Under the pieces are notes generated by a model, which was given only the letters and a program-made list of their open reading frames with translations, ran no database searches and was not told where the DNA came from. Below, piece after piece: positions 17,578-26,536 of a DNA stretch of 64,000 nucleotides. The stretch comes from a virus (Duplodnaviria > Heunggongvirae > Uroviricota > Caudoviricetes). Position 1 is the stretch's first letter. The number at the start of each line of letters is the position of its first letter. The stretch lies in IMG/VR virus record IMGVR_UViG_3300006120_000015, positions 1 through 64,000 of that record; one strand, given 5' to 3'. The translations under genes and the position numbers were made by a program.

Positions 17578-18099
17578 TTGAGTAACCTATTATCTCACGC
17601 AATGGATGAATTAGACCGTATTGGAATGACGGAAGATTCTACTGATGAAATGAATCAGCTGATGCGTAAACACATTCTACATATGATGCAAGAGTTTGCC
17701 AATGAAGGCCATTCTGGTTTCTCCGCACAATATGCAATTGGTATTTTAACGAGATTGTTGGACTTCAAACCACTGTCACCATTGACGGGTGCAGATGATG
17801 AATGGACTAATGTGCGTGATTATGGTGGTGAACCACACTGGCAAAACAAACGCCGTTCATCCGTATTCAAAGATGCTAATGGTGATGTATATGACATTGA
17901 TGGTAAAGTCTTTTGGGAATGGTGTCGTGGTGCAGTAGGTGAAGATGATACACCATTCAAATCATACTACACTTGCCGTGATTCACGAGTACCTGTAACA
18001 TTCCCTTATGTTGTGCCAGATAAACCTATCTATGAGTATAGATATTCAGATGCTGAACCACAACAGCCTGCACAAAACGAAGCAGGTTTCCTAACTTAA
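17578..18099 (+). CDS. hypothetical protein (173 aa)
   Basis: ORF. Confidence 0.5.
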   Translation: MSNLLSHAMDELDRIGMTEDSTDEMNQLMRKHILHMMQEFANEGHSGFSAQYAIGILTRLLDFKPLSPLTGADDEWTNVRDYGGEPHWQNKRRSSVFKDANGDVYDIDGKVFWEWCRGAVGEDDTPFKSYYTCRDSRVPVTFPYVVPDKPIYEYRYSDAEPQQPAQNEAGFLT

Positions 18100-18121
18100 T
18101 TTTTTAACAAAAGGTAAAAGT

Positions 18122-18361
18122 ATGATACCATGGCTAGACAGGCGAGAAGCCTTAGAACGATTAGACAACATGAATAAAGCCATCGAAGAACTCGGTGGTG
18201 AAAATTCTGCACCTGCACAATTACTTGGTCAACGTGATATGATTGAGTATGAAGTAGAATGGCACGATGAACGTTGCCAAGATTGGAAGACCGGTGGCAT
18301 CGTTGCTGTCGTCATGGGAATTGTTTTTTACGTTTGGATTTTTGTAATGGATAAACAATGA
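18122..18361 (+). CDS. small membrane protein (C-terminal TM)
   Basis: GGIVAVVMGIVFYVWIFV helix. Confidence 0.4.
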   Translation: MIPWLDRREALERLDNMNKAIEELGGENSAPAQLLGQRDMIEYEVEWHDERCQDWKTGGIVAVVMGIVFYVWIFVMDKQ

Positions 18362-18612
18362 TTACACTACCTGATAACATCAAAAAAGTTGCATCAGTAT
18401 TGGCTACGATTGGTAAATTCGTAATTGCTATTGGATTTGTTTACTACTTGTTCTTCATGCAACCAGTGAAAACCAATCCAATTCTCAAAGACTATAAAGA
18501 TGGTATTCAAAACCACCTCACATGGGATATCAAAGGCCAATGTTTCTTTGTGCGCCCTAATGATGATGTGACTGTGTATTTGATTCGTGTGACAGACTGT
18601 GATAAGAAATAA
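18358..18612 (+). CDS. small membrane protein
   Basis: Hydrophobic segment VASVLATIGKFVIAIGFVYYLFF. Confidence 0.4.
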   Translation: MITLPDNIKKVASVLATIGKFVIAIGFVYYLFFMQPVKTNPILKDYKDGIQNHLTWDIKGQCFFVRPNDDVTVYLIRVTDCDKK

Positions 18613-18620
18613 GGAAAGAA

Positions 18621-18800
18621 ATGAAAACAGATAAGAACTTCAAATTCCCAAGCCAATACAAATTTATGTTGGCTCAGATTCGTGATCCGCACTTGAGGGG
18701 TCTATGGAGAAAGTCCTATATACAAGCAACGGTTGCTTCTAATGAACACCGTAAAGGTAAGTATATTGATATTTTTTCTAAGCACTCTAAAGGAGAATAA
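18621..18800 (+). CDS. small basic protein (59 aa)
   Basis: Manual translation MKTDKNFKFPSQYKFMLAQIRDPHLRG... Confidence 0.35.
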   Translation: MKTDKNFKFPSQYKFMLAQIRDPHLRGLWRKSYIQATVASNEHRKGKYIDIFSKHSKGE

Positions 18801-18802
18801 TA

Positions 18803-19153
18803 ATGAGTTTGTTCGTTGAAGTATTTGATGTGAAAAAAGGTTGCCAAGTTATCGTCAACCTAGAACACGTTGTAGAAATTACACCATTGCGTACAGGTGG
18901 TTGCGAAATGGCTTTTAATGATAGTGCATCCGTTAGTGGTAAGCGTGTCGTTAATGTAAAAGAAGAATTTACCGTATTCCAGCAATTGGTAATGCACATG
19001 GTAACACCAGAAGCAATGTCTCAACGCATTGCAAAAATCAAGGCAGATGCAGCACCAGCTGCACCGGTACATCACGTACCAGAAGCAAAAACTACAAAAA
19101 CCACAAAAAAGTCAGCCTCAGTTGACGAACCACTTCATATTCCTAAGTTGTGA
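18803..19153 (+). CDS. hypothetical protein (116 aa)
   Basis: ORF after AAAGGAGAATAATAATG. Confidence 0.5.
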   Translation: MSLFVEVFDVKKGCQVIVNLEHVVEITPLRTGGCEMAFNDSASVSGKRVVNVKEEFTVFQQLVMHMVTPEAMSQRIAKIKADAAPAAPVHHVPEAKTTKTTKKSASVDEPLHIPKL

Positions 19154-19161
19154 TAGAATGG

Positions 19162-19199
19162 GTGTTGAATAAATACCATAGGTAATTCAACACTTTTTT
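19162..19199 (+). terminator. rho-independent terminator gtgttgaat...attcaacac + TTTTTT
   Basis: 9-bp stem and T6 run. Confidence 0.65.
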
Positions 19200-19209
19200 A
19201 GGATATTAC

Positions 19210-20535
19210 ATGCTAATTCTAGTTATCGACACGGGTGCGCTCGCACTCGATTGGTGTCTACGTTGCATCAATGCAGGACACACAGTAAAATGGTACACTA
19301 AAGGCTCCCGTTGCGATCATATTGGCCAAGGTTTGGTTGATAAAATTGATAACTGGAGAGCTTATGCTAAGGTTGCAGACCTAATTTTTGTAACCGACAA
19401 CATGACTCTCATGGATGAAATGCAGGAACTACAAGACAAAGGTTATCCTGTATTTGGACCAGGAAAGAAGTCTGCAAAACTAGAGTTGAATCGTATGTAT
19501 GGTCAAGACGTTATCCAAGAATTTGGTGGCGCAATCATTCCATCATTCGAATTCAAGAACTACGACAAAGCCATTCAATTCGTTAAAGATAATCCAAAGC
19601 GTTACGTTTCTAAGCCTTGCGGTGAAGAAGAAGATAAATCGCTATCATATGTTGCTAAAGATGAAGCAGATATGATTGGTTTCTTGACCAAACGCAAAGA
19701 AGCCGGTGGCAAAGCACCTTACTTCATTCTACAAGAATTCAAACCAGGTATTGAAATTGCTGTAACAGGCATTTTTGGACCAGGTGGTTGGGTTGACTAT
19801 TGGTGTGAAGGTTTCGAATTCAAGAAACAAATGAATGATGATCTTGGTGTTAACACCGGTGAAATGGGTACAGTTACTCGTTACACAAAAGAATCTAAAT
19901 TGGCTGACATGTTGATGAAGCCAATGGAAAAAGTTTTGAAGAAAATTGGTTATGTTGGTATGCTCGACATGAACTGTATCGTTGACGAGAAAGACGGTAC
20001 ACCATGGCCAATGGAATGGACTGCAAGACCAGGTTGGCCAATGTGGAACATCATGCAACCACTCATGGAAAATGATGACCCAGCAGAATGGATGTTAGAC
20101 ATTCTTAAAGGCAATTCAAAGACATTCAAAGCAAAAGAAGGCACATGTGTTGGTGTCGTTATGGCTAACTCAGACTTCCCTTTCAATAAGAAAGAAGAAG
20201 AATCATATTTGGACTTCCCTGTGATGACCGATGATGTTGGACCAAACGAGATTGATAACCTACACCCATGCGAAATTAAATTGACCAAGGCAATCAAGAT
20301 GATTGACGGTAAATTGGTTGAGGACGTACCTGAATGGGGCACCGCAGGTTCCTATATCATCGTATGTACTGGCACTGGTAATTCAGTTACAGAGGCGAAG
20401 GATAAGGCCTATGAGTTGGTGAAGAAGGTTAAATTTGGTAATGATGTGCAATATCGTACCGACATTGGTAACCGTTGTGAAAAAGCCTTGAAGAAACTAC
20501 AGAAATTTGGATTCTGCAAGGGCTGGAAATTTTGA
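19210..20535 (+). CDS. purD: phosphoribosylamine--glycine ligase (PurD/GARS) homolog, ATP-grasp
   Basis: Colinear similarity to PurD: FGPGKKSAKLE vs FGPTAGAAQLE, GVNTGEMG vs GPNTGGMG, FILQEFKPGIE vs IVIEEFLDGEE, C-terminal TEAKDKAYELV...DIG vs AEAQKRAYALM...DIG; 441 aa. Confidence 0.7.
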   Translation: MLILVIDTGALALDWCLRCINAGHTVKWYTKGSRCDHIGQGLVDKIDNWRAYAKVADLIFVTDNMTLMDEMQELQDKGYPVFGPGKKSAKLELNRMYGQDVIQEFGGAIIPSFEFKNYDKAIQFVKDNPKRYVSKPCGEEEDKSLSYVAKDEADMIGFLTKRKEAGGKAPYFILQEFKPGIEIAVTGIFGPGGWVDYWCEGFEFKKQMNDDLGVNTGEMGTVTRYTKESKLADMLMKPMEKVLKKIGYVGMLDMNCIVDEKDGTPWPMEWTARPGWPMWNIMQPLMENDDPAEWMLDILKGNSKTFKAKEGTCVGVVMANSDFPFNKKEEESYLDFPVMTDDVGPNEIDNLHPCEIKLTKAIKMIDGKLVEDVPEWGTAGSYIIVCTGTGNSVTEAKDKAYELVKKVKFGNDVQYRTDIGNRCEKALKKLQKFGFCKGWKF

Positions 20536-20563
20536 TTGACACAGGAGAAATCCTGTGTTACAA
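20535..20563 (+). promoter_or_regulatory. sigma70-type promoter TTGACA-17-TGtTACAAT giving near-leaderless transcript for gene at 20571
   Basis: -35 20535-20540; extended -10 20555-20563; ATG at 20571 only ~7 nt downstream. Confidence 0.5.
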
Positions 20564-20570
20564 TTACATT

Positions 20571-21140
20571 ATGAACATCTTTTATCTTGACCCAAATCCC
20601 AAAATTTGTGCCGAAATGCATTGCGACAAGCATGTAGTAAAAATGATTATTGAGTATGCACAACTCATGTCAACGGCACACCGTATGCTTGACGGCGAAC
20701 AATACACCGACCTGACTGCTAATGGTCGGCGTATTCAACGCTGGCGCTTGGCAGATAGCCGTGAAGCTATTCTTTACAAAGCATCACATGTAAATCATCC
20801 TTCAGCCATCTGGTGTCGTGATAACATCGAAAACTATACTTGGCTGTATGATATGTGGTCGCACTTGCTTGACGAATACACACATCGTTATGGCAAAACC
20901 CACCTGTGTTCCAAACTTAAAGATGCACTAAGCACACCTCCTGGTGAAATTGCTAACGGTGATTTCTTTGCACCAACACCAGCTATGCCTATCGATTTGA
21001 AAATCGTGGCAAAAAATCCTTTACCTGGTCGTAATTATGATTCGCTTAAGTCGTATCATAATTACTATATAAAGGAGAAAATTCGTTTCGCAAAATGGAA
21101 AAATCGTAATATACCGGAGTGGTTTAATGCCGTCATATGA
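20571..21140 (+). CDS. conserved hypothetical phage protein (MNIFYLDPNP...HCDKH family)
   Basis: ATG 20571 (ORF-track start 20532 is a TTG); 189 aa. Confidence 0.5.
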   Translation: MNIFYLDPNPKICAEMHCDKHVVKMIIEYAQLMSTAHRMLDGEQYTDLTANGRRIQRWRLADSREAILYKASHVNHPSAIWCRDNIENYTWLYDMWSHLLDEYTHRYGKTHLCSKLKDALSTPPGEIANGDFFAPTPAMPIDLKIVAKNPLPGRNYDSLKSYHNYYIKEKIRFAKWKNRNIPEWFNAVI

Positions 21141-21405
21141 CTTCATGAATAAAAATACGGGTCAAATTGAAGAACACCGTATGTCTTACACAGTACTCGA
21201 CCAATTCAAGGCCGATAATCCTCATCTAGAACAATACCATTCAGCCGTTAACTTACCAGTTATGTCTGATGGTTCTCGTTTGTCAACACCTGGAACTGGC
21301 AAACCCGATTCTACTTTCGAAAAGTATGTTATTGGCCGTATGAAAGAAAGTATTCCAGGAAATAAATTAGCTGGCCATAAAACTAAATCTCCTCGTGAAT
21401 GGTAA
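21127..21405 (+). CDS. hypothetical protein (92 aa)
   Basis: ORF. Confidence 0.45.
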   Translation: MPSYDFMNKNTGQIEEHRMSYTVLDQFKADNPHLEQYHSAVNLPVMSDGSRLSTPGTGKPDSTFEKYVIGRMKESIPGNKLAGHKTKSPREW

Positions 21406-21548
21406 TATGAAACAAATTGCCTTTCTACTTCAACCAAAAAACAAGAGAGGTACTGATGATACAAAAACCTCGTTGAAAGTCCCCAATGCCAAAACACGCA
21501 TTAGAAAAACAAAACAAATTGCAGCACTATTCAGAAAAGGGGATACGA

Positions 21549-22316
21549 ATGGTAACAAAAAAAACGACAAACAGGGAAACGAGAGAAGAAGTTGAAACTG
21601 CTGATGCACAAAAACATAAGCATCAACCAGTAATTAACAATGCTCTGAAAATAAAACTGGATCACTTAAAGACCTTTGAGCCACTAACAGAAAATCAAAG
21701 ATTGTTTTTTGAGTTATACAAAGGCGGAGCATACTTCATGGGACTTTTTGGTAGTCCTGGTGTAGGTAAAACATTCTTGGCAATGTATAAAGCCATCGAA
21801 GAAGTACTAGACAAAACCAATTCATTCAAACAAGTTGTAGTCGTGCGTTCACTTGTTCAACTCCGTGAGGTTGGACACCTTCCTGGTTCATTGGAAGAAA
21901 AGCAGGAGATATACGAGTTACCTTATAAAGAAGTATGTGAGGTACTATTTGGTCGTTCTGATGCATGGGACAGACTAAAAGAACAAGGTCATGCAAGGTT
22001 TATTTCTACTACGGCTATTCGTGGTATCTCTATTGACGATGCAATTATCATCGTTGATGAAAACCAAAACATGAACTGGAGTGAAATAAATACTATTATT
22101 ACTCGTGTTGGACACCGTTCTAAAATCATTTTCTGTGGTGACTTTAAGCAAACAGACTTGATTAAAAACAACCGTGACCAAACAGCATTCCATCAATTCA
22201 GAGAAGTTGCAAGAAACATGACTTCTTTTCAGGAAATTTATTTCACACCTGACGATATTGTACGCAGTAGCTTAGTCAAAGACTGGATTATGGCATGTGA
22301 AACTTTAGGATATTAA
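21549..22316 (+). CDS. phoH: PhoH-like P-loop ATPase
   Basis: Walker A GSPGVGKTFLAM, Walker B IIVDENQN; start could also be 21486. Confidence 0.8.
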   Translation: MVTKKTTNRETREEVETADAQKHKHQPVINNALKIKLDHLKTFEPLTENQRLFFELYKGGAYFMGLFGSPGVGKTFLAMYKAIEEVLDKTNSFKQVVVVRSLVQLREVGHLPGSLEEKQEIYELPYKEVCEVLFGRSDAWDRLKEQGHARFISTTAIRGISIDDAIIIVDENQNMNWSEINTIITRVGHRSKIIFCGDFKQTDLIKNNRDQTAFHQFREVARNMTSFQEIYFTPDDIVRSSLVKDWIMACETLGY

Positions 22317-22979
22317 ATGTTTAATTATTGCCCGCCACTTGACTTACAAGACCTAAAATCAGAAACTTTCCCAGATGGTAAACGTTATTACACCACACCT
22401 GATGGTGTTCGTTTGCCGTCCGTTACTACGGTCATTGGTGCAAAGAAGAAGAAAGCCATCATGGAATGGCGTGATCGTGTAGGTGCAGAGGCGGCCAATA
22501 AAATATCCAAGAAAGCCACATCACGTGGCACAAATTTACATTCGATTTGTGAAGATTACTTGAACAACCGCATTGATTATCATAGCGGTGTGATGCCTGA
22601 TGCATTAGAAATGTTCAAGTCAATCAGACCATACCTCGACAAAATCAACAACATTCACTACCAAGAACAGGCTCTATGGTCTGTTGACATTGGTATGGCT
22701 GGTCGTGTTGATTGTATTGCAGAATATGACGGTGTTCTATCTGTTATTGACTTTAAAACATCACGCAAAGTAAAAAAGAAAGAAGATATTCAAGATTACT
22801 TTGCACAATGTGTGGCTTATGCATGTATGTACGAAGAACTGGTTGGCAAGGGTATTGACCAAATAGTCATTATCATGGCTGTGGAAGACTCCGAACCACT
22901 GGTTTTCATTGAAAAAACTGAGGATCACCTAAATACTCTATTAGAATTTATCAAATTTTATAGAGAAAATAGTAAATGA
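22317..22979 (+). CDS. PD-(D/E)XK nuclease, Cas4/RecB-exonuclease-like
   Basis: Motifs GRVDCIAEYDG...VIDFKTS (D...E/D-x-K) and QCVAYACMY (QxxxY). Confidence 0.6.
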   Translation: MFNYCPPLDLQDLKSETFPDGKRYYTTPDGVRLPSVTTVIGAKKKKAIMEWRDRVGAEAANKISKKATSRGTNLHSICEDYLNNRIDYHSGVMPDALEMFKSIRPYLDKINNIHYQEQALWSVDIGMAGRVDCIAEYDGVLSVIDFKTSRKVKKKEDIQDYFAQCVAYACMYEELVGKGIDQIVIIMAVEDSEPLVFIEKTEDHLNTLLEFIKFYRENSK

Positions 22980-23833
22980 CCTTACCAGTATCACCAAACC
23001 CGGTTTCGATGAGCCAAGTTGATGCAGAGTTGCTTTATGCGAACAAGACTCAAATCAACATGGGTAATACATCGTTGCGTCAATTGGCTGGAACAATTAA
23101 CGGTAGTGTTTCAGTTAGCAAATTGCAAGGCAAAACATGGGTTACAACACTTAACACAAGTGTTCAAGGTGGTCAAATCGATATTCGAGCACAAGCTCTT
23201 ACAAATAACTGGAACACATATGGACCAGTTGTGTGTAATATTACCGCAAACTCTTGGTCTGTGAGTACTGGTACACCAACAATTTTAATCAGTGGTAATT
23301 TTCCGAACGGTTTACAATTGAATATAGCCACAGGTGTTGCAGTATCTGGCGCTGGTGGCGGTGGTGGTGGCGGAGGTTATTCGACAGGCGGTGGTGGTGC
23401 CGGTTCTGCCGGTGGTCCAGCAATTACTGTCACTGGTTACACAGGCGGACCAATAGTATTTACAAACAACGGTATTATCGCAGGCGGTGGCGGTGGTGGT
23501 GGCGGTGGTTCTGGTGGATATTCACCACCCGCAGGCAAAAGCGGTGCATCATCTTATTATGGTGGCGCAGGCGGTGGCGGACCAGCTTTTGGTGCTGGTG
23601 GCTCATCTGGTTCAGGTAATGGCGCAGCGGCGACCTTCAATAGTGCAGGCGGCGGAAGTTCAGGTAACGGCGGCGGTGCCGGCGGCTCTGGCGGTACTTG
23701 GGGTACTGCTGGTGCTTCAGGTGGTGGCGCATATGGTGGAGGCACCGGTGGTGCCGCTGGTGCTGCAACACTAGGTACAACCGGTTTGGTTACATGGATA
23801 ACAGCAGGAACACGTTACGGTACAGTTAGTTAA
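22976..23833 (+). CDS. glycine-rich protein (long poly-Gly/Ser/Ala tracts)
   Basis: ORF in frame with flanking coupled genes; C-terminal 170 aa mostly Gly. Confidence 0.55.
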   Translation: MTLPVSPNPVSMSQVDAELLYANKTQINMGNTSLRQLAGTINGSVSVSKLQGKTWVTTLNTSVQGGQIDIRAQALTNNWNTYGPVVCNITANSWSVSTGTPTILISGNFPNGLQLNIATGVAVSGAGGGGGGGGYSTGGGGAGSAGGPAITVTGYTGGPIVFTNNGIIAGGGGGGGGGSGGYSPPAGKSGASSYYGGAGGGGPAFGAGGSSGSGNGAAATFNSAGGGSSGNGGGAGGSGGTWGTAGASGGGAYGGGTGGAAGAATLGTTGLVTWITAGTRYGTVS

Positions 23834-23844
23834 TGGAGTGAAAA

Positions 23845-24222
23845 ATGTCAATAACAACAGATTATAAAATAAGAAATTTTAATGAACAGACTGGTCAACT
23901 TATGGTTCAGTTCGAAGCAATAGAACATATGGTGCCTATTGATTTACATTTAGATGAAAATGGAAATTATCCTGAAGGTGAAGCACTAGACACATATATC
24001 CGTGCATTTTGTCCCATTGGTCATCTACAAAGAATTGAAAAGATTAATAACGGTGTTTCTAATGCACACAAGATTTCAGCTTTGGTTGAACCATTAATTC
24101 AAGAAGAGCCTGATAAAATAACAGAAGTTTCTGATGGATTAACTGAAAGTGAAAGACAAGAATTGGGATTAAGTATTAGAATTCAAAAGATTCTATCTGA
24201 ATATATTGGAGCAACTGTATGA
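23845..24222 (+). CDS. hypothetical protein (125 aa)
   Basis: ORF with RBS GGAGTGAAAAATG. Confidence 0.5.
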   Translation: MSITTDYKIRNFNEQTGQLMVQFEAIEHMVPIDLHLDENGNYPEGEALDTYIRAFCPIGHLQRIEKINNGVSNAHKISALVEPLIQEEPDKITEVSDGLTESERQELGLSIRIQKILSEYIGATV

Positions 24223-24746
24223 CAACGAAGTACAAACCATATGCAGCATTTGGTACAGCTATTATCAGATGTAATTCTGAAAAAGGTGATGTGAGAAAAG
24301 TTAATATTGGCAACAATGGTTTAGTCACATCTGGTTATTATTTCTATACACAAGGCCAATCACAACTGAGAATCCAAGAAACAGGTGAAATCATGGAAGA
24401 TAGAACACCTGGCTGGTTGAACTTGGAACATCCAGATTCATTTGCAAAAACTTTAGCCACACAAAATGCATCAGGTACACTTGAATTAACTTCTGTGACT
24501 GATACCGAATGGTTCTGCATTTCCCATGAAGCAAACAAAGATGGTTTACCAAACTTGAAATCTATCATTCTTAATGTTCTCGAATCAACCGAATTTAAAA
24601 ATGACTCAAACATCTTTTTGGCTAGAGGTACACTGCAAGTCAAAGATAAAGAGTTCAAAGGTCCTTGCCAGATTCGTGTTCGTTCTGGTGATGTAACTGC
24701 CACCAACAGAAGCACAGAAACAGCCTACGCATTATTGGTATCATGA
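24219..24746 (+). CDS. hypothetical protein (175 aa)
   Basis: ATGA coupling. Confidence 0.5.
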   Translation: MTTKYKPYAAFGTAIIRCNSEKGDVRKVNIGNNGLVTSGYYFYTQGQSQLRIQETGEIMEDRTPGWLNLEHPDSFAKTLATQNASGTLELTSVTDTEWFCISHEANKDGLPNLKSIILNVLESTEFKNDSNIFLARGTLQVKDKEFKGPCQIRVRSGDVTATNRSTETAYALLVS

Positions 24747-25459
24747 AAACTAAGGCATGGCACCGAAGTATAGGTGCTTGGTTATTTCTACCAACATTGT
24801 ATTTTGTTGGTATGTTTTTTAATAAAGAGTGGCTAACTTTGTCACTCTTTGTTTATTTGGCTGTTGCCATAACGATCACATCGGGTTACCATAGACTATT
24901 CAATCATATGTCGTATCAGTGCAATAAGATATGGCACTATGTTTTTGGTTTCATTGGTTGTGCATCGTTGAATTCTTCACCAGTTGAATGGTCTACGGTT
25001 CATACACAACATCACCGTTATTCGGACACAGAGAACGATCCATACGAAAGCAACTTCAAATACTATTTGAGATTCAAAGATCGAACAGGTATCAAAGCCA
25101 CAAAACGTGAAGTTAGAATGATGCAAGATAGTATGCATAGATTTTTTGTCAAACATTCACTTTCGATTGCACTTGTTACCATGTTAATTTGCAGTTTAAA
25201 TCCGATGTTGTTTCTTTATGGTTATGCTCTACCCGTTACTGCATATTTGGTGACTGCTGGTCTACAAACTATATTCTCACATGGCCCTAATAATGTACGC
25301 AATCTTTGGTTGCTTGAGTTTTTGATACCAATGGCAGGTGAATGGTTACATGGCGTGCATCACGACAATGCATCACTCAATAATTTTTCAACCAAGCCTT
25401 ACTACCTAGATATTGGTGGTTTGTTTATAAAGGTTATACGTAATGTTAAATCGAATTGA
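24743..25459 (+). CDS. membrane fatty-acid desaturase-like protein (acyl-CoA desaturase family)
   Basis: Three His boxes HRLFNH, HTQHHRYSDTENDPY, HGVHHDN in the order and context of delta-9 desaturases; TM helices; short (238 aa). Confidence 0.6.
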   Translation: MKTKAWHRSIGAWLFLPTLYFVGMFFNKEWLTLSLFVYLAVAITITSGYHRLFNHMSYQCNKIWHYVFGFIGCASLNSSPVEWSTVHTQHHRYSDTENDPYESNFKYYLRFKDRTGIKATKREVRMMQDSMHRFFVKHSLSIALVTMLICSLNPMLFLYGYALPVTAYLVTAGLQTIFSHGPNNVRNLWLLEFLIPMAGEWLHGVHHDNASLNNFSTKPYYLDIGGLFIKVIRNVKSN

Positions 25460-25600
25460 AGAACTTGAAGAACACGATATAAAGAATGGATTTGAAGCAG
25501 TTATACATGGTGTTAATGTCATAACAGACTTTGAGATTGAAATTGTTTGGCCGGAAATCAAACACAGTAAGGAAGAAATTCGGCAACTACTGAGTTAATC

Positions 25601-26536
25601 ATGCGAAAATTTTATTATCATGCTGGCAAAATGCCAATGTTGAAAAATCCATATCTCATATATGGTATCGTTGATAGAACGAAAAAAATCATAGACGTTC
25701 CAGAAATGGAAGTACTCACACCTATTGGCAACCTATGTGAAGCCAAGCCAATTGACCAACTATATTATGAAAACGTACAACATATACTCAATTCAACTGA
25801 CAAAAAAATATGTGTAACTTGGTCTGGCGGTATTGATTCTACAGCAACACTTGCAGAATTCCTAAAGTGGACACCAAAAGATAGAATCGTTGTTTTGTTA
25901 ACGGATAACTCAATCAAAGAGTATCCTATATTTTACAAAAACTATATTGAGAAACAGTTAGAGTGTAGGCAACTCAGTTACTATAACCACAACACACTTA
26001 GAGATTCTATCGAGGATGGTGTTATCATTACATCATCAATTATGGATCATTTGTTTGGTGAAGTCTATATTGATATGGATATAAATGCGGTTACAAAGTC
26101 AACTGATGAATTTCTAAGACCATTGAGCCAAGATTCAAAAGATTTCTATCAAAAAATTATTGATGCGTGTCCAAAAAAGATTGATAACGTCAAAGACCTT
26201 TTTTGGTATATGGACTATACACTAGACTATCAATACCATCAGTTGTATTGGTTATTTGATATTGAACAGTTGACTATCAATAAAAACATCTTTCACTTTG
26301 GTGATACACCAGGTTGGAATGACTGGTCAATGTCTACACCATCTGAAGTTAAATGGTCTGGTACAAATCATATTGACTATAAGATGTTACTGAAAAAACA
26401 TTTAGAAAAATTTACACACGATATATACTACACAGAAAACAAAATTAAAGTTTCTTCATGGAGAGCATACAGGAATATCCTGCAAAAATCTAAGAGAGCC
26501 TTTTTTATTGATACAGAATGGGTGAGAGGTTACTAA
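25601..26536 (+). CDS. PP-loop ATP pyrophosphatase family protein (SGGxDS)
   Basis: ICVTWSGGIDSTATLAEF P-loop typical of adenylating N-type ATP pyrophosphatases (AsnB C-domain/QueC/PAPS-reductase-like). Confidence 0.55.
   Translation: MRKFYYHAGKMPMLKNPYLIYGIVDRTKKIIDVPEMEVLTPIGNLCEAKPIDQLYYENVQHILNSTDKKICVTWSGGIDSTATLAEFLKWTPKDRIVVLLTDNSIKEYPIFYKNYIEKQLECRQLSYYNHNTLRDSIEDGVIITSSIMDHLFGEVYIDMDINAVTKSTDEFLRPLSQDSKDFYQKIIDACPKKIDNVKDLFWYMDYTLDYQYHQLYWLFDIEQLTINKNIFHFGDTPGWNDWSMSTPSEVKWSGTNHIDYKMLLKKHLEKFTHDIYYTENKIKVSSWRAYRNILQKSKRAFFIDTEWVRGY

Noticed and set aside
20532-20570. Longer N-terminus (TTG start at 20532) for the MNIFYLDPNP gene
   Set aside because: The region carries a near-consensus TTGACA-17-TACAAT promoter. 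ATG at 20571 gives a conserved-looking N-terminus.
23300-23760. Possible CRISPR-like or tandem repeat array
   Set aside because: Repeats are irregular GGT/GGC codon runs within a coding frame, not spacer-repeat units.
23487-23774. Alternative-frame ORFs (23487-23774 + and 23557-23745 -) encoding Ala/Val/His-rich or Pro-rich peptides
   Set aside because: Artefacts of the GGN/GCC repeat DNA encoding the poly-Gly tracts. The frame starting at 22976 is the one coupled to flanking genes.
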